NCBI GenBank assembly: GCA_951406725.2 | Contig: OX597823.1 | Coordinates: forward strand, 68,138,001-68,202,000 | DNA from: Octopus vulgaris | Taxonomy: Eukaryota | Length of the DNA stretch: 64,000 bases | Direction: 5' to 3' | Shown here: one piece after another, positions 1-12,771 of the stretch | Position numbering within the stretch: the stretch's first letter is position 1 | Layout of the letters: each line of letters begins with the position of its first letter | Made by a program: the position numbers and the translations under genes | Notes under the pieces: model-generated | Database searches by the model: none | Told to the model about the DNA's origin: nothing | What the model saw: only the letters and a program-made list of their open reading frames with translations

Positions 1-184
1 GTGGGTGAAAAGCCAGCTTCTTAACCATATAACCACACCAGCACTTATATGTATATGGGTGTGTATGAAACACAAAAACTACTTAAATTTAGCTGATCAT
101 GATTTGATTTTAGAACTGACTTAGAAAAGGCCAAATTATCTTTTTCAAGTATGTTTACATATATATATACACATCTATACATCT

Positions 185-870
185 TTCATCTTTGGTCTTT
201 TATCTTTTACCTATTTCAGTCATTAGACTGCAGGCATGCTAGGGCACCACTTTGAAATTCTTTTTTTTAGTTGAAAGTACCCCAGTACTTATTTTATAAG
301 CCTGGTACTTATTCGATTGGTTTCTTTTGCTGAACTGCTAAGTTATGAGGATCTAAACACACCAACACCAGTTGTCAAGTGATGATAGGGGGACAAACAC
401 AGGAAATGTGGAGTAGATAAAACAGTGGACAACTGATGAAGGGATTGTCATTTATGTTGCCTGTCTTGTTTTTCTATTTGCTTCTTTCATTGTTCACAAA
501 AAAAGTTTGTTTTCTATGTTTCTGTTTTTCATGTTGTTTATGTCTTTTGACGTCCTGTACCCATATATGCATGTGTATATACATATATATGTAAGTATGT
601 ACATGTATGTATATATGCATATATATATATATTTATATTATCATATGATTGAATGCCATGCATCCATTTCCAAGTAAGTTTTACACACACACACACACAT
701 ATATATAGGATGGTCTTCTTTCAGTTTCTCTCTACCAAATTCACTCACAAGGCTTTTGTCGGCCTGGGGCTATAGCAGAAGACACTTGCCCAAGAAGACA
801 CTGCCATGCAGTAGGACTGAACCCAGAACCTTGCAGTTGGGAAGCAAGCTTCTTACAACACAACCACTGT
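185..870 (-). mobile_element. SINE family A interrupted by another repeat (about 405-680)
   Basis: Tail half at 185-400 and head half at 700-870. The insert is homologous to the reverse complement of 15410-15665. Confidence 0.8.
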
Positions 871-901
871 ATGCATGCATACATGAACACATGGATGAAA
901 A

Positions 902-952
<51 letters not shown>

Positions 953-1521
953 ATACACACACACAAAAATAACCACACATACATATTTTGCATTCACATA
1001 TATATAATGAAAATATATAAATATATTTTTTTAAAGTTATTTTGTTTTAATTCATATAATTTGAATCAATATAACCAAATATATTAAAAAGGTTTTAGTA
1101 GATTTTTGTTTATCAGACCATGTAATATGAGGTATTAATTATGCCAAACTTAGATATATATATTAAACATTTTTAATCAACAGTACTCTACAAATATTCT
1201 TACATGTAATACTAAATAGCATAGGAGAGATGTTATTTAACTAAATTAATAAAAGTCTGACAAACCAGCTAACACAAAGTGGTGTTTATATTAATTTTTC
1301 ACAATCTCTTGCTACATCATTGAATAGATATGCATCCATGCTTATATAGATATTTAGCAGTAACAATATAATTGCATAACACATACTCACATACATACAT
1401 GAATACATACACATACATGTACATAAACACACACACACACACACACATGAACACACTATGATTCTGCATGTTAGCATCTAGATTTTAATGTGTATGTAAA
1501 TAAGTACGTACATACATACAT

Positions 1522-2660
1522 ATTCCATCACATGCCACGGGGAGAAACTAGAAATAGTTGGTAGCTTCCGCTACCTACGTGACCAAGTCTGTAGTGGGAG
1601 TGGATACTTGGAGAGTGTTGCCACTAGAATAAGAATAGCTTGGGCAAAGTTCAGAAAACTCCTACCTCTGCTGGTGACAAAGGGCCTCTTGATCAGAGTG
1701 AAAGGTACATTGTATGATGAATGCGTGCGATCTGCCATGCTACACAGTTAGTATGATCCACTGGATGTGTAATGTCAGGGTGTGCACACTGCAGAGTATA
1801 AGCACCCTGAGAGAAATGTTAGACATAAGAAGCTTCATATGTGGTGTGCAAGAGAGACGACTGCGCTGGTATAGTCATGTGCTGCGTATGGATGAGGAGA
1901 GCTGTGTGAAGAAGTGTCACTCCCTAACAATGGAAGAATCCAGGGTAGAGGGAGACCCATGAAGACATGGGATGAGGCGGTGAAGCATGACCTTTGATGT
2001 TGGGCCTCACAGAGGCAATGACGAAAGACCGAGACCTCTGGAGATATGCTGTGAATGAGAAGACTTGGCAAATAAAGTGAGATCACAGCCATAGCCTACA
2101 CGAGCGTCGCATTGCCAGCCCATTTAAAAAGTACCTTTGAATCGTCGGGCGACATTCTGTGCTTGAGGAGACTGATTGAGTCAAGTGAAATCAAAATCAA
2201 AATCAAATCAAATTACAATCAAAGGGAATTGTAGTTGTGACCAATGCCAGTACCGCCTGACTGGCTCCTGTGCTGGTGGCATGCAATAAGCACCATTCAC
2301 ACATTGGTCATTGCCAGTTCCACCTGATGGCTCTCCGTGCCGGTGGCACATAAAAAGCATCATCCGAACATGGTCGATGCCAGCATCCTCGCTCTGACTG
2401 ACTCCTGTGCCGGTAGCAAGTAAAAAGCACCATCCGAATGTGACCAATGCCAGTGCTGCTGACTGGCTCCCATGGCAGTGGCATGTAAATAGCACCCACT
2501 ACACTCTCAGAGTGGTTGGTGTTAGGAAGGGCATCCAGCTGTAGAAACACTGCCAGATTAGATTGGAGCCTGGTGTGGTTCCTGGCTTGCCAGTCCCCAA
2601 TCAAACAGTGCAACCCATGCCAGCATGGAAAATGGACATTAAACGATGATGATGATGACA
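1522..2660 (+). mobile_element. RTE-clade LINE 3' end with hairpin-repeat 3' UTR and (GAT)n tail
   Basis: EKLEIVGSFRYL, RIRIAWAKFRKLLPLL, QERRLRWY..VLRMDE. UTR motif ttaggaagggcatccagctgtagaaac followed by (GAT)n. Confidence 0.88.
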
Positions 2661-3007
2661 TGCACACACACACACATACACATCTGGTTTGCAAGATTCT
2701 TTATGTAAATTCATGTGTTGAAACAAATTTTGTTGTGCATGGGGAGAGTCATACTGCCTTGATATCTAACACATTCACTGATTCAATTTCCACTCATTTA
2801 TTATTATTTTCTTTTTTGTGTGTCTTCCCCGAAATAATGAGCAGAAATTGAACTGGTGTGTTAGATATTAAAGACAGTATGACTCACTCAGACACAATGA
2901 AATATATATATATGTGCATGTGTGTGTGTGAGTATGTGTGTGTATTTACCTGTATGTGTGTATATGTATAGATATATTTTGTGTGTGTGTGTGTGTATAT
3001 ATATGTG

Positions 3008-3062
<55 letters not shown>

Positions 3063-3606
3063 TACATATGCTTCCACATAAACTTCTCTCTCACAAACCT
3101 ATCCTGTAAATTTATAATTTTAATATAAAAGAAATGTTATTTAAAAGAAACCACTGTAGGATGGAAATATAAAATGCATATTCTTCTCGGTCCCTGATCC
3201 CCTGCCCTTTCACCATGTTTTCAGAGATGACTTACACATTTTGCTCTCCTGACCTCTCAGAGGTTCTAGCCACTATGTCACCGTAGTGTGAAAATCACCC
3301 TTAGAACCCTTGACCTCCCTTCTCATGTTCATTACAATTGTACCTCAGTCTCGTATTAGGCTTAGCTCAATACAGGCCACTATATACATGCTCATGTTAA
3401 TGTTCTTATGTTGATGCTGACATCACCTCACATCAGATGAATTTACAGCACATGCAAATAGGACTGTTATGTTTAATAATAACAATACTAATACTACTAA
3501 TAATTGTTTCTAACACTAAGATATAAAAAGTGTTTCAAATTTTGAATAATCTTTCTAAAATCATAATGATAATTGGTTCTTGTATTTGTTTTGCAAGATT
3601 CCTGAT

Positions 3607-3833
3607 ATGAAATTGTGCATTGAAACAAATATCGTTACATTTGAGGATGGCCATTTTTTTGCCAATTAACCACACACACTATTTACTTGGTTTTCACTTC
3701 AGCTCTATTAATAATTATTATAACTAATAATAAAGCTAAAGTGAAAACCAAGTGAAAACCAAATGCATGTGGTTAATTAGCAAAAATATGACCATCCCCA
3801 AATATAACGATAATTGGTTCATTATGAATTCAT
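3607..3833. repeat. Imperfect long inverted repeat (~110-bp arms)
   Basis: atcgttacatttgaggatggccat..ccaattaaccaca..tggttttcactt pairs with aagtgaaaacca..tgtggttaattag..atgaccatccccaaatataacgat. Confidence 0.8.
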
Positions 3834-3999
3834 TGGGAAGTGAAGAGCAATAGCAGATTAACTAAAAATAGCATCTATCCATACATGAGTGCTTCCAAGC
3901 AATTGTATGAACTCTATCATTTTCTGCGAGGTGTAGAAGACAGTCAGAAACTAGGGGATCCATCTTCAGAATACACCTCCCTCTATCTATCAGGTTATC

Positions 4000-5630
4000 G
4001 ATGTTAGGACAGCTTCCATTAATATCAGTAGAATGAAAAGTTGGGACGATAAGTTTGCACAGAAGCTGGAACATAGGTAAGGCGATGTTTTGCATGTAAG
4101 ATGTAAAATGGAAAGGAGCCTCTGCCAGACAACTCACTGACAAGGAACATTGTTAGATACAAGTGATGGAGTAAATGGGACAGGCATGTTATTAACAAAG
4201 ACATAGATAGATAAGTAACTGAAGCAGATAGGGAGTAATGCAATAATATTACTAGTTGTCAACAACACAACAGCTATATTTGTCTCTGTTATGTCTAGTT
4301 GATAAAGAGAAAGACAACTTTTATGAGACTCTTTGGCAGACCTTCTCCATAATGACTAATAGTGACTTTATCTTTGTAGTTGTTGACTTTAATAGACATA
4401 ATGGAAACATTTATGGATACCTATAACTATGGTATATGAAATAAGGAAGGATAAATTCTCCTGAAGTACTGAGATTCAAATGATCTGACCATCTACAATA
4501 CCAGCTTCAAGAAACTGGCTAACTAACTTACCACCTACTGATTGTGTTTGGGTGAACACGAAAGATAGATAGGTTTCATTCTCACTAGAAAAAGAGACAA
4601 ACATTGGGATGTGAATGCTAACTCTACCCATAGTGAAGAGAATATACTATCCAACATAGAATAATGGTCAGCGATTTCTGAGAAATTGTCAGGTAGAAAC
4701 AAACACTTAAGACAATCTAGAAGAGGAAATAGAAATTGAAAGAGTAAACAACTAGCAACAGGTTTAAAGACAATTAACTGGTGCATATGACATAATAGAA
4801 AAGGAGATAGCAATAATTATGTAGAGGGCAACTGAGAATTTGTATAGGATAACCTCCTGAGGGAAATAGACCTAACCTGTGGTTGGGGCAAGGTTTCAGC
4901 TGAACAAAAAGCAACATGATGGTGGACTAGCTCAGTGGGTATAACCATAACAGCTTCAAGAAGAGAAGTGAGATATCAGGTATATCTAGTAAAAAGAGAA
5001 GGCCAAAGTAGGAAGTTTGTCAATGTTCTAAGATGTAAAGATCAGAAGCATAGGATATCTTGGATTGCAAAGCTGTGTGTAAGAGAAAAATCAAGATGTT
5101 GCTTGGGGAAGTCGTAAGATGATGGCACTTTTGTTCTTACAGACAATGAAAAGAAAGAGGCATAGAAGTGCTATTACACGAAACTGTTAAATTAAGAGAA
5201 TACATTAAAGAAAGATTCTATTAACTTAAAAGAGGGATCAGCCACAAGAGCAGTGAGGTAGATAAAGTGATTAGGGTTATGAAGGTAAGGAAGGGACCTG
5301 GTCTGTTAAGGGTCACAGCTGCATTGTTTGAAATATCTGGCAGAGTGGTATATCGGCTGGACACTTGTATAGTAAATCAGGTAGTATAGAAAGGTGTCAC
5401 AGCCAATGATTGGCAAAGCAACATTGTAATCAACTGCTACCAAAGCAAAAGTGACATGTTAGATGGAGTAAACCAGATTATGAAGGTAACAGAAATTAAT
5501 TAGAAGGAAAGAAGCAGGTGAAAACTGATGAGAGGTAAGAAAATATGCTTCAGTGAATTTTGGCTGATTCATACAAGCATTGAAAAAGTAGACATTAAAA
5601 TGATGATGATGATGACAACAATAATGTCAA
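4000..5630 (+). mobile_element. Old RTE-clade LINE fragment (APE endonuclease to pre-RT region)
   Basis: Decayed DFN.H.G, NDL.I.NT.FKK..L.TY and NDW....IVINCY..K.D motifs, with a (GAT)n-type tail near 5600. Confidence 0.65.
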
Positions 5631-6919
5631 TGATGATGATGATATATATATATATATATATATGGGGAAGAATTGGTATGATATTTCTCAAATATTGGTA
5701 GCGCTAATTCCAAATCATTTTAATTTTCTAGAGAATGTACACATAAATAAACTAGTGTGGCCTTTGCTTGCTTTCAACAACATCTATGTTTTGTCTGTTA
5801 TTTGATAAATGAATTGCTGTTTATTGTTTTATTTGTTTAGAGGGGAAAAAAAACAAAGAACTTTGACAGTATTTGATTAAAATATGTTTGTCTATCTTTT
5901 TCATAAATTCTCAACAACACTTGTATATAATGCTTCCAGTCTTCTTGGTTCTGAAAATAAACGCACTCATGCACAAACAGATGACTACAGACATAAGCAT
6001 AATTTTTTTTACATCTTATTATCTGTGTCTGTAAAGAGTTTAATAACTTTTATACATTCACAAATTTGGATATGAATTGTTGGAAAAATTCAGCTTACTG
6101 CTGATGTAAATCCTTTTATAAGCATATACCTTCCCTATCACCATCAAACAACCAGTTATCAGTTAAGTAAAAGACAACACACATTAACAATTGCATAAGA
6201 AATTGTACCTTACTAGATGCAAACAACAGCTGTAACTGGCTTAATTTTTTTGCTGTGGAAATATATAATAGGCTGGAGTGTGAAGAATCTGGAAATGGTT
6301 TGCATAATCAAAAACTGTAGATGGAAATTTGTGAGTCTGGATACTATGGAGAAGATAATGATGTTTCTAGCGTCAGAAAGAGAGAAAAAAAGCAGCTCCT
6401 TTTTCTCTTAGGTAAGCAAATTTAACAAACAGCTAAAACTTTAACTTGAGACATACAATGATACATCAAGATAATGTATGAGAATAGTAAATAATCAAAT
6501 TAGATGATGCAGCTAGTTTAGTTTTGAGCATACAACTTTATTAGGCAGAAACTTATACTGGTTTCTGTGGCATTTAAGTAAATGAAAGTACAATATTCTC
6601 CCCTGTCTTTATGAATGGGTCACTAGTCCATTGCAGAGTTAAATCTACAGCTGCTATTGGTACCCAGGTTTCAGTAAGTGGGTTGAAGCAATGTGAAATA
6701 CAGTGCTTTGCTTAAGGACAAAATACACTGCCCAGTCAAGGAACGGAACACATGATTTACCATGACTTAACACCTTAACCATTAGCCATGAACTGTGAAA
6801 AGTAAAGACAGTTCTGGTGATTTAAGTTCTAACTAAATACTTCAAAGCATCTTGCCAAAAGTTCAACTGATTCTAGTAATCTAACATATATACATGTATG
6901 TGTATAAAAGCGTAAAAAT

Positions 6920-7215
6920 TGTGAATGACCATGGGAATACACCTAGAATGTTACTCCCCAAAGCACAAGTCCAGGCAAGGTTGTTTATGCAAACCAGCCT
7001 CCCCTCTCCACACCACCAATATTATCCAAGGGAAAGGCAAAGACTGATATAGCTTGGTACCAGTGACATTGCCACTCATTTCTACATCTGAGTGAACTGG
7101 AGGAATATGAAATAAAGTGTCTTGCTCAAGAACACAACACACAGCCTGGTCTGGGAATCGAACTCACTACCACATGACTGTAAGCCCAATGCTCTGACCA
7201 CTGAGCCATGTAATC
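6920..7215 (-). mobile_element. tRNA-derived SINE, family C
   Basis: Reverse tRNA head (gggaatcgaactc...accactgagccatg) plus gtgtcttgctcaagaacacaac. Homologous to 57815-58095. Confidence 0.78.
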
Positions 7216-7233
7216 TTTATACACACACGCGCA

Positions 7234-7273
<40 letters not shown>

Positions 7274-7801
7274 TATATATAAAGACACAAAAAAAAAAAT
7301 TGTTTTATTTACTCAGTCAAAAAGGAGTAGTCTAAAAATACCACTTTCCACATCTTCTGAAGTCACTTAGCCTTTGTACACTTTGAAGAAGTAAATAATT
7401 TGAACACTGTCTTAGCACTATTTTATGATGGTTGAAGTAAACTTAACAAAAATGCTATATTTTTTTGTTTTTATCACCAAAGGAAAAATAAGAACAATGA
7501 CAATAAAAGTTATGACCTGAATTATAATAACTAACTGAGACAACTATAATTTATGTAAAACTGTTAGACAGACTATATTTCAAACGAAATTGTAGTAAAT
7601 TTATAGGTTTATCAAATGGGCGTTGAGTTTCTTTCATCTTTCTAATAGATTACAGTATGATAAGGAATGTCACTGGAATTACTGGGCTGAGGAAAATATA
7701 ATCATTTAATAAAGAGTGCAATAAATTCCATTTGATTATTTAGAATTTTACATCACTTTGAAAGTTTCAGCTACAAAACAAATAAAGTAAATGTGACTTA
7801 C

Positions 7802-7882
7802 CTGGAAATGTGGCTTAGCCATGATCTCTCGTAATTCGTCCACATGGAGTTTGTGTTTGTGCTTGCGAAGTGTATTGTATAC
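7802..7882 (-). CDS. Internal coding exon (81 bp, phase 0/0) of a MAGUK p55-subfamily scaffold gene, L27 domain (MPP7/MPP3/MPP5-like)
   Basis: Minus strand reads ttgttattactattgcAG|GTATACAAT...CCACATTTCCAG|GTAAGT, with canonical acceptor and donor. Translation VYNTLRKHKHKLHVDELREIMAKPHFQ fits the L27 motif EL..L..PHF that precedes ALL..HD. As I recall, MPP7/MPP3 have a 27-codon exon at this position. Confidence 0.8.
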
Positions 7883-8078
7883 CTGCAATAGTAATAACAA
7901 AATATTTAAATTGGTCAACTAGGAAAGGCATGAATTTCTGAAAATGAATAAAAATATGGCACAGGGGAAACAGAGCAATAGAATTTGGAATAGAATTCTA
8001 AGGAATCAGAAATGGGAGCAGAGGAATTGGTTTATATATATATATATACATACATAAACACACACACACACACATATA

Positions 8079-8494
8079 TGTAGTGATGCTACTGTGTAGG
8101 GTTCGGCGCGCATGCGCAGAATGGGACTAATTCCGGATGGCCACGGGAAGTCTTCCCCATGCGCATGTGCGGGAAAACGTTCCCTCGAGCCCGCGAAGCT
8201 CAAATCTCCCTCTTCGGCTAAGACAGCATTGCGATCGGTCACGAATTCCGGACTCTGACAGCCACACGACCAGCAACCAACTTCAACCAACTTCAATGAC
8301 TAACACGAAGCAGTATATCAGAGGCTGTCTTTCTCCCACCAGACAACGTACTACATCGAAACCAATAAACCAAACTACTGTCTGTTCACCCTTTTAACCT
8401 GAGTTCGTCTGTATTGTTTTCTAGAATTTTATATGTGACTAGATCGGATATCGACACCCTTCCAGTGCTTCGATAATAGATCCTTTCTCGTTAC

Positions 8495-8495
<1 letters not shown>
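8079..8495 (+). mobile_element. Solo LTR (probably Ty3/Gypsy-type)
   Basis: Starts TGTAG and ends TTACA, with TATA on both sides (possible 4-bp TSD). 417 bp, CpG-rich, AATAAA at 8364-8369, no coding sequence. Confidence 0.75.
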
Positions 8496-8526
<31 letters not shown>

Positions 8527-8547
8527 TATATATATATATATATATAT

Positions 8548-8590
<43 letters not shown>

Positions 8591-8625
8591 TTATATATGT
8601 GTGTATATATATGTGTATATACATA

Positions 8626-9270
8626 GGAGAGCTGTGTGAAGAAGTGTCACTCCTTAACACTGGAAAGAACCCATGGAAGAGGGAGACCCAGGAAGCACGA
8701 CCTTCGAATGTTGGGCCTCATAGAGGCAATGACAAAAGACCGAGATCTCTGGAGATATGCTGTGATTGAGAAGACCTGGCATGCAAAGTGAGATCACAGC
8801 CGTACCCTAAACCAGTGTCACATAACCAGCCCATTTAAAAGTACCTTTGAATCATCAGGTGACACTCCCTGCTTGAGAAGAGGTATTGAGTCAAGTAAAA
8901 TCAAAATCAAAATGGAAATTGAAGTTGTGGGCGATGCCAGTGCTGCCTAATAGACTCCTGTGTTGGTGGCACACAATAAGCACCATTCATGCATGGGTTG
9001 ATGCCAGTGCCACCTGAGTGGATCCCTCTGCCAGTGGCATGCAAAGAGCACCATCTGCATGTGGTCAATGCCAGCCTCCTGGTCCCAACTGGCTCCTGTG
9101 CCAGTGGAACATAAAAAGCATCATCCAAACATGGCCGATGCCAATGCCACTTAACTGGCTCCTGTGTCAGTGGCATGTAAAAAGCACCCACTACACACGC
9201 TGAGAGGCTGGCTGTAGAAACTATGCCAGATCAGATTGGAGCCTGGTGCAGCCTTCCAGCATGCCTGGCC
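8626..9270 (+). mobile_element. RTE LINE 3' fragment
   Basis: Near-colinear with 1895-2590 (gagagctgtgtgaagaagtgtcactcc...). Confidence 0.85.
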
Positions 9271-9299
9271 TTGATTGTGATTAAAGTGGCATAGTTTTT

Positions 9300-9590
9300 T
9301 TTATTGTTTTACTTGTTTCAGTTATATGACTGTGGCCATGATGGAGCACCGTCTTTGGTTGAACAAATCCACTACAAGATTTATTTTTTGTAATCTTAGT
9401 ACTTATTCTATCAGGGTATTTTGCCAAACTGCTAAGTTATAGGAATGTAAACATAGCAACATCAGTTGTCAAGCAATGGTGGGGGTACAAACACAGACAC
9501 GCACACAAATATACACATATATACGACAGTCTTCTTTTAGTTTCTGTGAACAAAATCCACTCACAAGGCTTTGGTCAGCCTGAGGGTATG
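9300..9590 (-). mobile_element. SINE family A, head missing
   Basis: cttgtttcagtt..tgtggccatg..aatccactcacaaggctttgg. Confidence 0.8.
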
Positions 9591-9609
9591 ACATATATAT
9601 ATATATATA

Positions 9610-10712
9610 CAGGGCTTGGACAAAATAATGGAAATACCTAGCATCATAGCACCATAATTTTGAAATATCTATAAAACTGTCAAAAGTTTGTTTACTTTTA
9701 GGTTTTTTGATTTATCATTTGTGTTGCTTAATATGTTTTGCTAAAATTGCTGTTTCTTTTCAGATATCATCAGAAAAAGATAATTAAAATTCATTAAAAT
9801 GACAGATCTATTGGACTTTCAAAGAAGTCAAATTGTTGGTGCTAATATGGCAGGCACTAGTGTAATGAAAACAGCTGAAATGTTTGGTATATCAAGAAGT
9901 ACTGTCTCAAAAGTAATGACAGCCTTTGAGAAAGAGGGAAAAACCTTCTTGTTGAAACAAAATTCCAGAAGAAAACCAAAACTTTCAGATAGGGACAGTT
10001 GAAACTCTTACATGAATTGTTAGAAAGGATCACAAAAATACAGCTCCCAAAATTACTGCAGAACCTAGTTTCCACAAAGCTGCACAAAGCCGGATTTGTT
10101 GGGGGGGCTGCAATCAGAAAACCACTACTTTCCAAAACAAACGTTGCAAAGTGTGTAGATTGGAGTAAAAACCTACAGAATTGGTCCCTAGAACAGTGGA
10201 ATAATGTTACACTCTCAGACAAGTCATCCTTTACCTTAAATGTGTATACGTGTGGAGACAGCCAAAAGAAGCATTTGACCCAGACTGCCTTCTTCTAACT
10301 GTTAAACATGGAGGAGGATCTGTGATGATCTTGGGGGCTATATCTTGGAAATTCTCCGGCCTAATGGTTTCCCTTCATGGCAGAATTAATTGTCAAGACT
10401 ATTTAAGCATTTTATCTGATCAAATTCATCCTATGGTGGAACTGTTTCCTGAGGGAAATTCAATCTTTTAGGATGATAATGCACCAATTCAAACAGCTAA
10501 AGTTGTTACTGAATGGCACAAGGAACTTTCTAGTGAATTCGAACATCTTTTCTGGTCACCACAGTCCCAAAATCTCAATATTATTGAATATTTCTGGTGC
10601 ATTTTAAAAAAACAAGTAAGGAGTCAATATCGTCCACCATCATCACTACATGAACTAGAGACTGTTTTAGCTGAAGAATGGACAAAAATTGCTTTGGAAA
10701 CAATTCAAAATA
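9610..10712 (+). mobile_element. Tc1-like DNA transposon, degenerate, right end missing
   Basis: Left end TA|CAGGGCTTGGACAAAATAATGGAAATACC. Frameshifted transposase: HTH start MTDLLDFQRSQIVG (9799), KHGGGSVMILGAI, DDNAP, WSPQSQNLNIIE (DD34E-like). Confidence 0.9.
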
Positions 10713-10713
10713 T

Positions 10714-11600
10714 TACAGTTTTGTGATGGTCTCAAGTGCATCGGGTGTAATAGATACCGCACTCACTTTTGAGGCTCTATGGATTGTTTTTACTTCCAAT
10801 ACTAGGTCTTGGTACTTCCTGATTTTTTTCTCTTCTATTCTAGCCCATACTTCTTGCACAACTGCTTGTGTATTCACGCTGTCACTTTGTCATGGCATTT
10901 TTTGCACTCCTTTTGGGCCAGTTTTGAGCATCCACAAATTATATGCCTAACTGTCTCATACGATTTTTCACATAGTCTATGTAAAGCTTGTATTGCTGTC
11001 TTATCAATGTTACACTTGATTGAGTTAGTTCATAAAGCTTGTTCTTGAGCAGCATGAATTTGTTGTTATGTCTCCTATAAAAAAAACCACATCTTAACCA
11101 TCTCCCAGATTCTTCATCAGCTTTAACTGATGTTTGATGGAAAAACTTTCCATGTAAGACTTTCTCTTCTTCTCTCTATTTGTCCTCATATTGTAATCCT
11201 GGAGGTTCTCACCAATGTCACTGATCACTCACTCATCCAACGCAGCCTGCAACATTCTTTAATCCCTATTCCTCCGTTAGGCATGCAAGGACTTGATCTC
11301 CTCCACAGCACTGTCTTCTATTTCAACCAGTCTTCTTCCACCTTCCTTCCTAGGTAAGTAAGGTCTTGTCATATTAGTTATAGTATGAAGACACCCATGC
11401 ATAGCCATTATCTTCCTAGTTTTTCTTTCCATGTTGACAAGTTTTTCTTTAGTCCATTCCATAACTCCTGCATAAAACCTACAGCCCATGTATCTCTAAT
11501 CAGGTTCCCTCTAGTTTAGATCTATATAGCTTTTTAACTCCTGTGATTTATTCAGAAGAAAGTTTTTCCTTCATCCTGGTTTTCATAATCTGGCCTAATA
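10714..11600 (-). mobile_element. R4/Dong-like (RLE-type) non-LTR retrotransposon fragment
   Basis: Minus-strand remnants WTKEKLVNMERKTRKIM and YLPRKEGGRRL, an EK..KYQDL-like segment, and a C-terminal V..I...AL.TI-like segment. Confidence 0.75.
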
Positions 11601-11793
11601 ATAATTATCATCATCATCATTATTATATATTAAAAGGATTGATGTAACTCCTCATAAAGGACAGTACCAAGAGCACGATGTGATTGCAATAGAATAGAAT
11701 AGCTGTCAAAATATTGTTCAAACCACTAAAATATCTATTGCAATTACATCACATTCTTTGTATTGTCTATCATCATCATCATTATTATTATTA

Positions 11794-12255
11794 AGGTAGC
11801 AAGCTGGCAGAATCATTAGCATGCTGGGAAAAATGCTTAGCGGTATTTCGTCCATCATCATGTTCTGAGTTCAAAGTCTGCCGTGGTCAACTTTGCCTTT
11901 CATTCTTTTGGGGTCAATAAAATAGGTACCAGTTCAGTACTGGGGGGGGGGGGGTCAACGCAATCGACTTAGCCCCTCCATCGAAATTGCTGGCCTTGTG
12001 TCGAAATTTGAAATCATCATCATTATTTTTATTATCATTATCAAAAGGTTATGAGCTGGCAAAATCTTTAGTATGCTGGGCGAAATGCTTAGCAGTATTT
12101 CGTCTATTGCTATGTTCTGAGTTCAAATTCCGCTGAAGTCCACTTTGCCTTTCATCCTTTCAGGGTCGATTAAATAAGTACCAGTTATGCACTGGGGTCG
12201 ATATAATCAAGTTAATTCCCTCCCCCAAGCTGCCCTTGTGGCAAAAATTTGAAAT
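11794..12255 (+). mobile_element. Two tandem SINEs of family B (Nin/Deu-like central domain)
   Basis: agctggcagaatc.ttagc, ttctgagttcaaa, ctttgcctttcatcctttc.gggtcgat.aa.taagtaccag, with (ATT)n/(ATC)n tails. Copies at about 11794-12012 and 12047-12255. Confidence 0.82.
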
Positions 12256-12277
12256 CATTATTATTATTATTATTATT

Positions 12278-12737
12278 GAGTGAGAGAGCAGTGCATGCCA
12301 TCAAAGTGACACTGGGGTAAAATATACGAAGCCCAATATACCCATCATGACTACCCGTCTGATAAAGGTACACCAGGCACATGCATCACAACCATATGTG
12401 CGCAACATGGTGATCTCATATAAAGATAAACAGCACATGACCTTGCAGGTGGGGCCCAGTTAGAATTTTCTTCAGGTTGAGTAGCCCATCCCACTCAAAA
12501 GGTCCCTGAATAAGGGTTGTTTAAGGATGTTGAAAGAACCACCCATGTTTCCAGAGGTGATTATTCAAACCCCAAAGAATCCCTCTCAACACATGGCTAT
12601 GATGCTCCCCCACTACTTCTGCTCGTGATCAGAGATGCACATATCGTCAGCCACTAAGGGACATGCTCAACTGGTTAAGGTCAAACAACTGACAAGCAAA
12701 TCTGTGGTATAGAGCAGAATATTTGCTGTAGCCCATC

Positions 12738-12740
<3 letters not shown>
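12278..12740 (-). mobile_element. Non-coding ~460-bp interspersed element inserted in a (TTA)n tract
   Basis: GC-richer block with sharp boundaries and (TTA)n on both sides, and no ORF. Strand inferred from a presumed (AAT)n tail. Confidence 0.6.

Positions 12741-12771
<31 letters not shown>

Noticed and set aside
433-470. CTGATGA as a hammerhead start
   Set aside because: No downstream stem II or GAAA.
6321-6416. Plus-strand ATG...G|GTAAGC mini-exon (MEICESGYYGEDND...)
   Set aside because: No recognisable homology and no partner exon. The donor may occur by chance.
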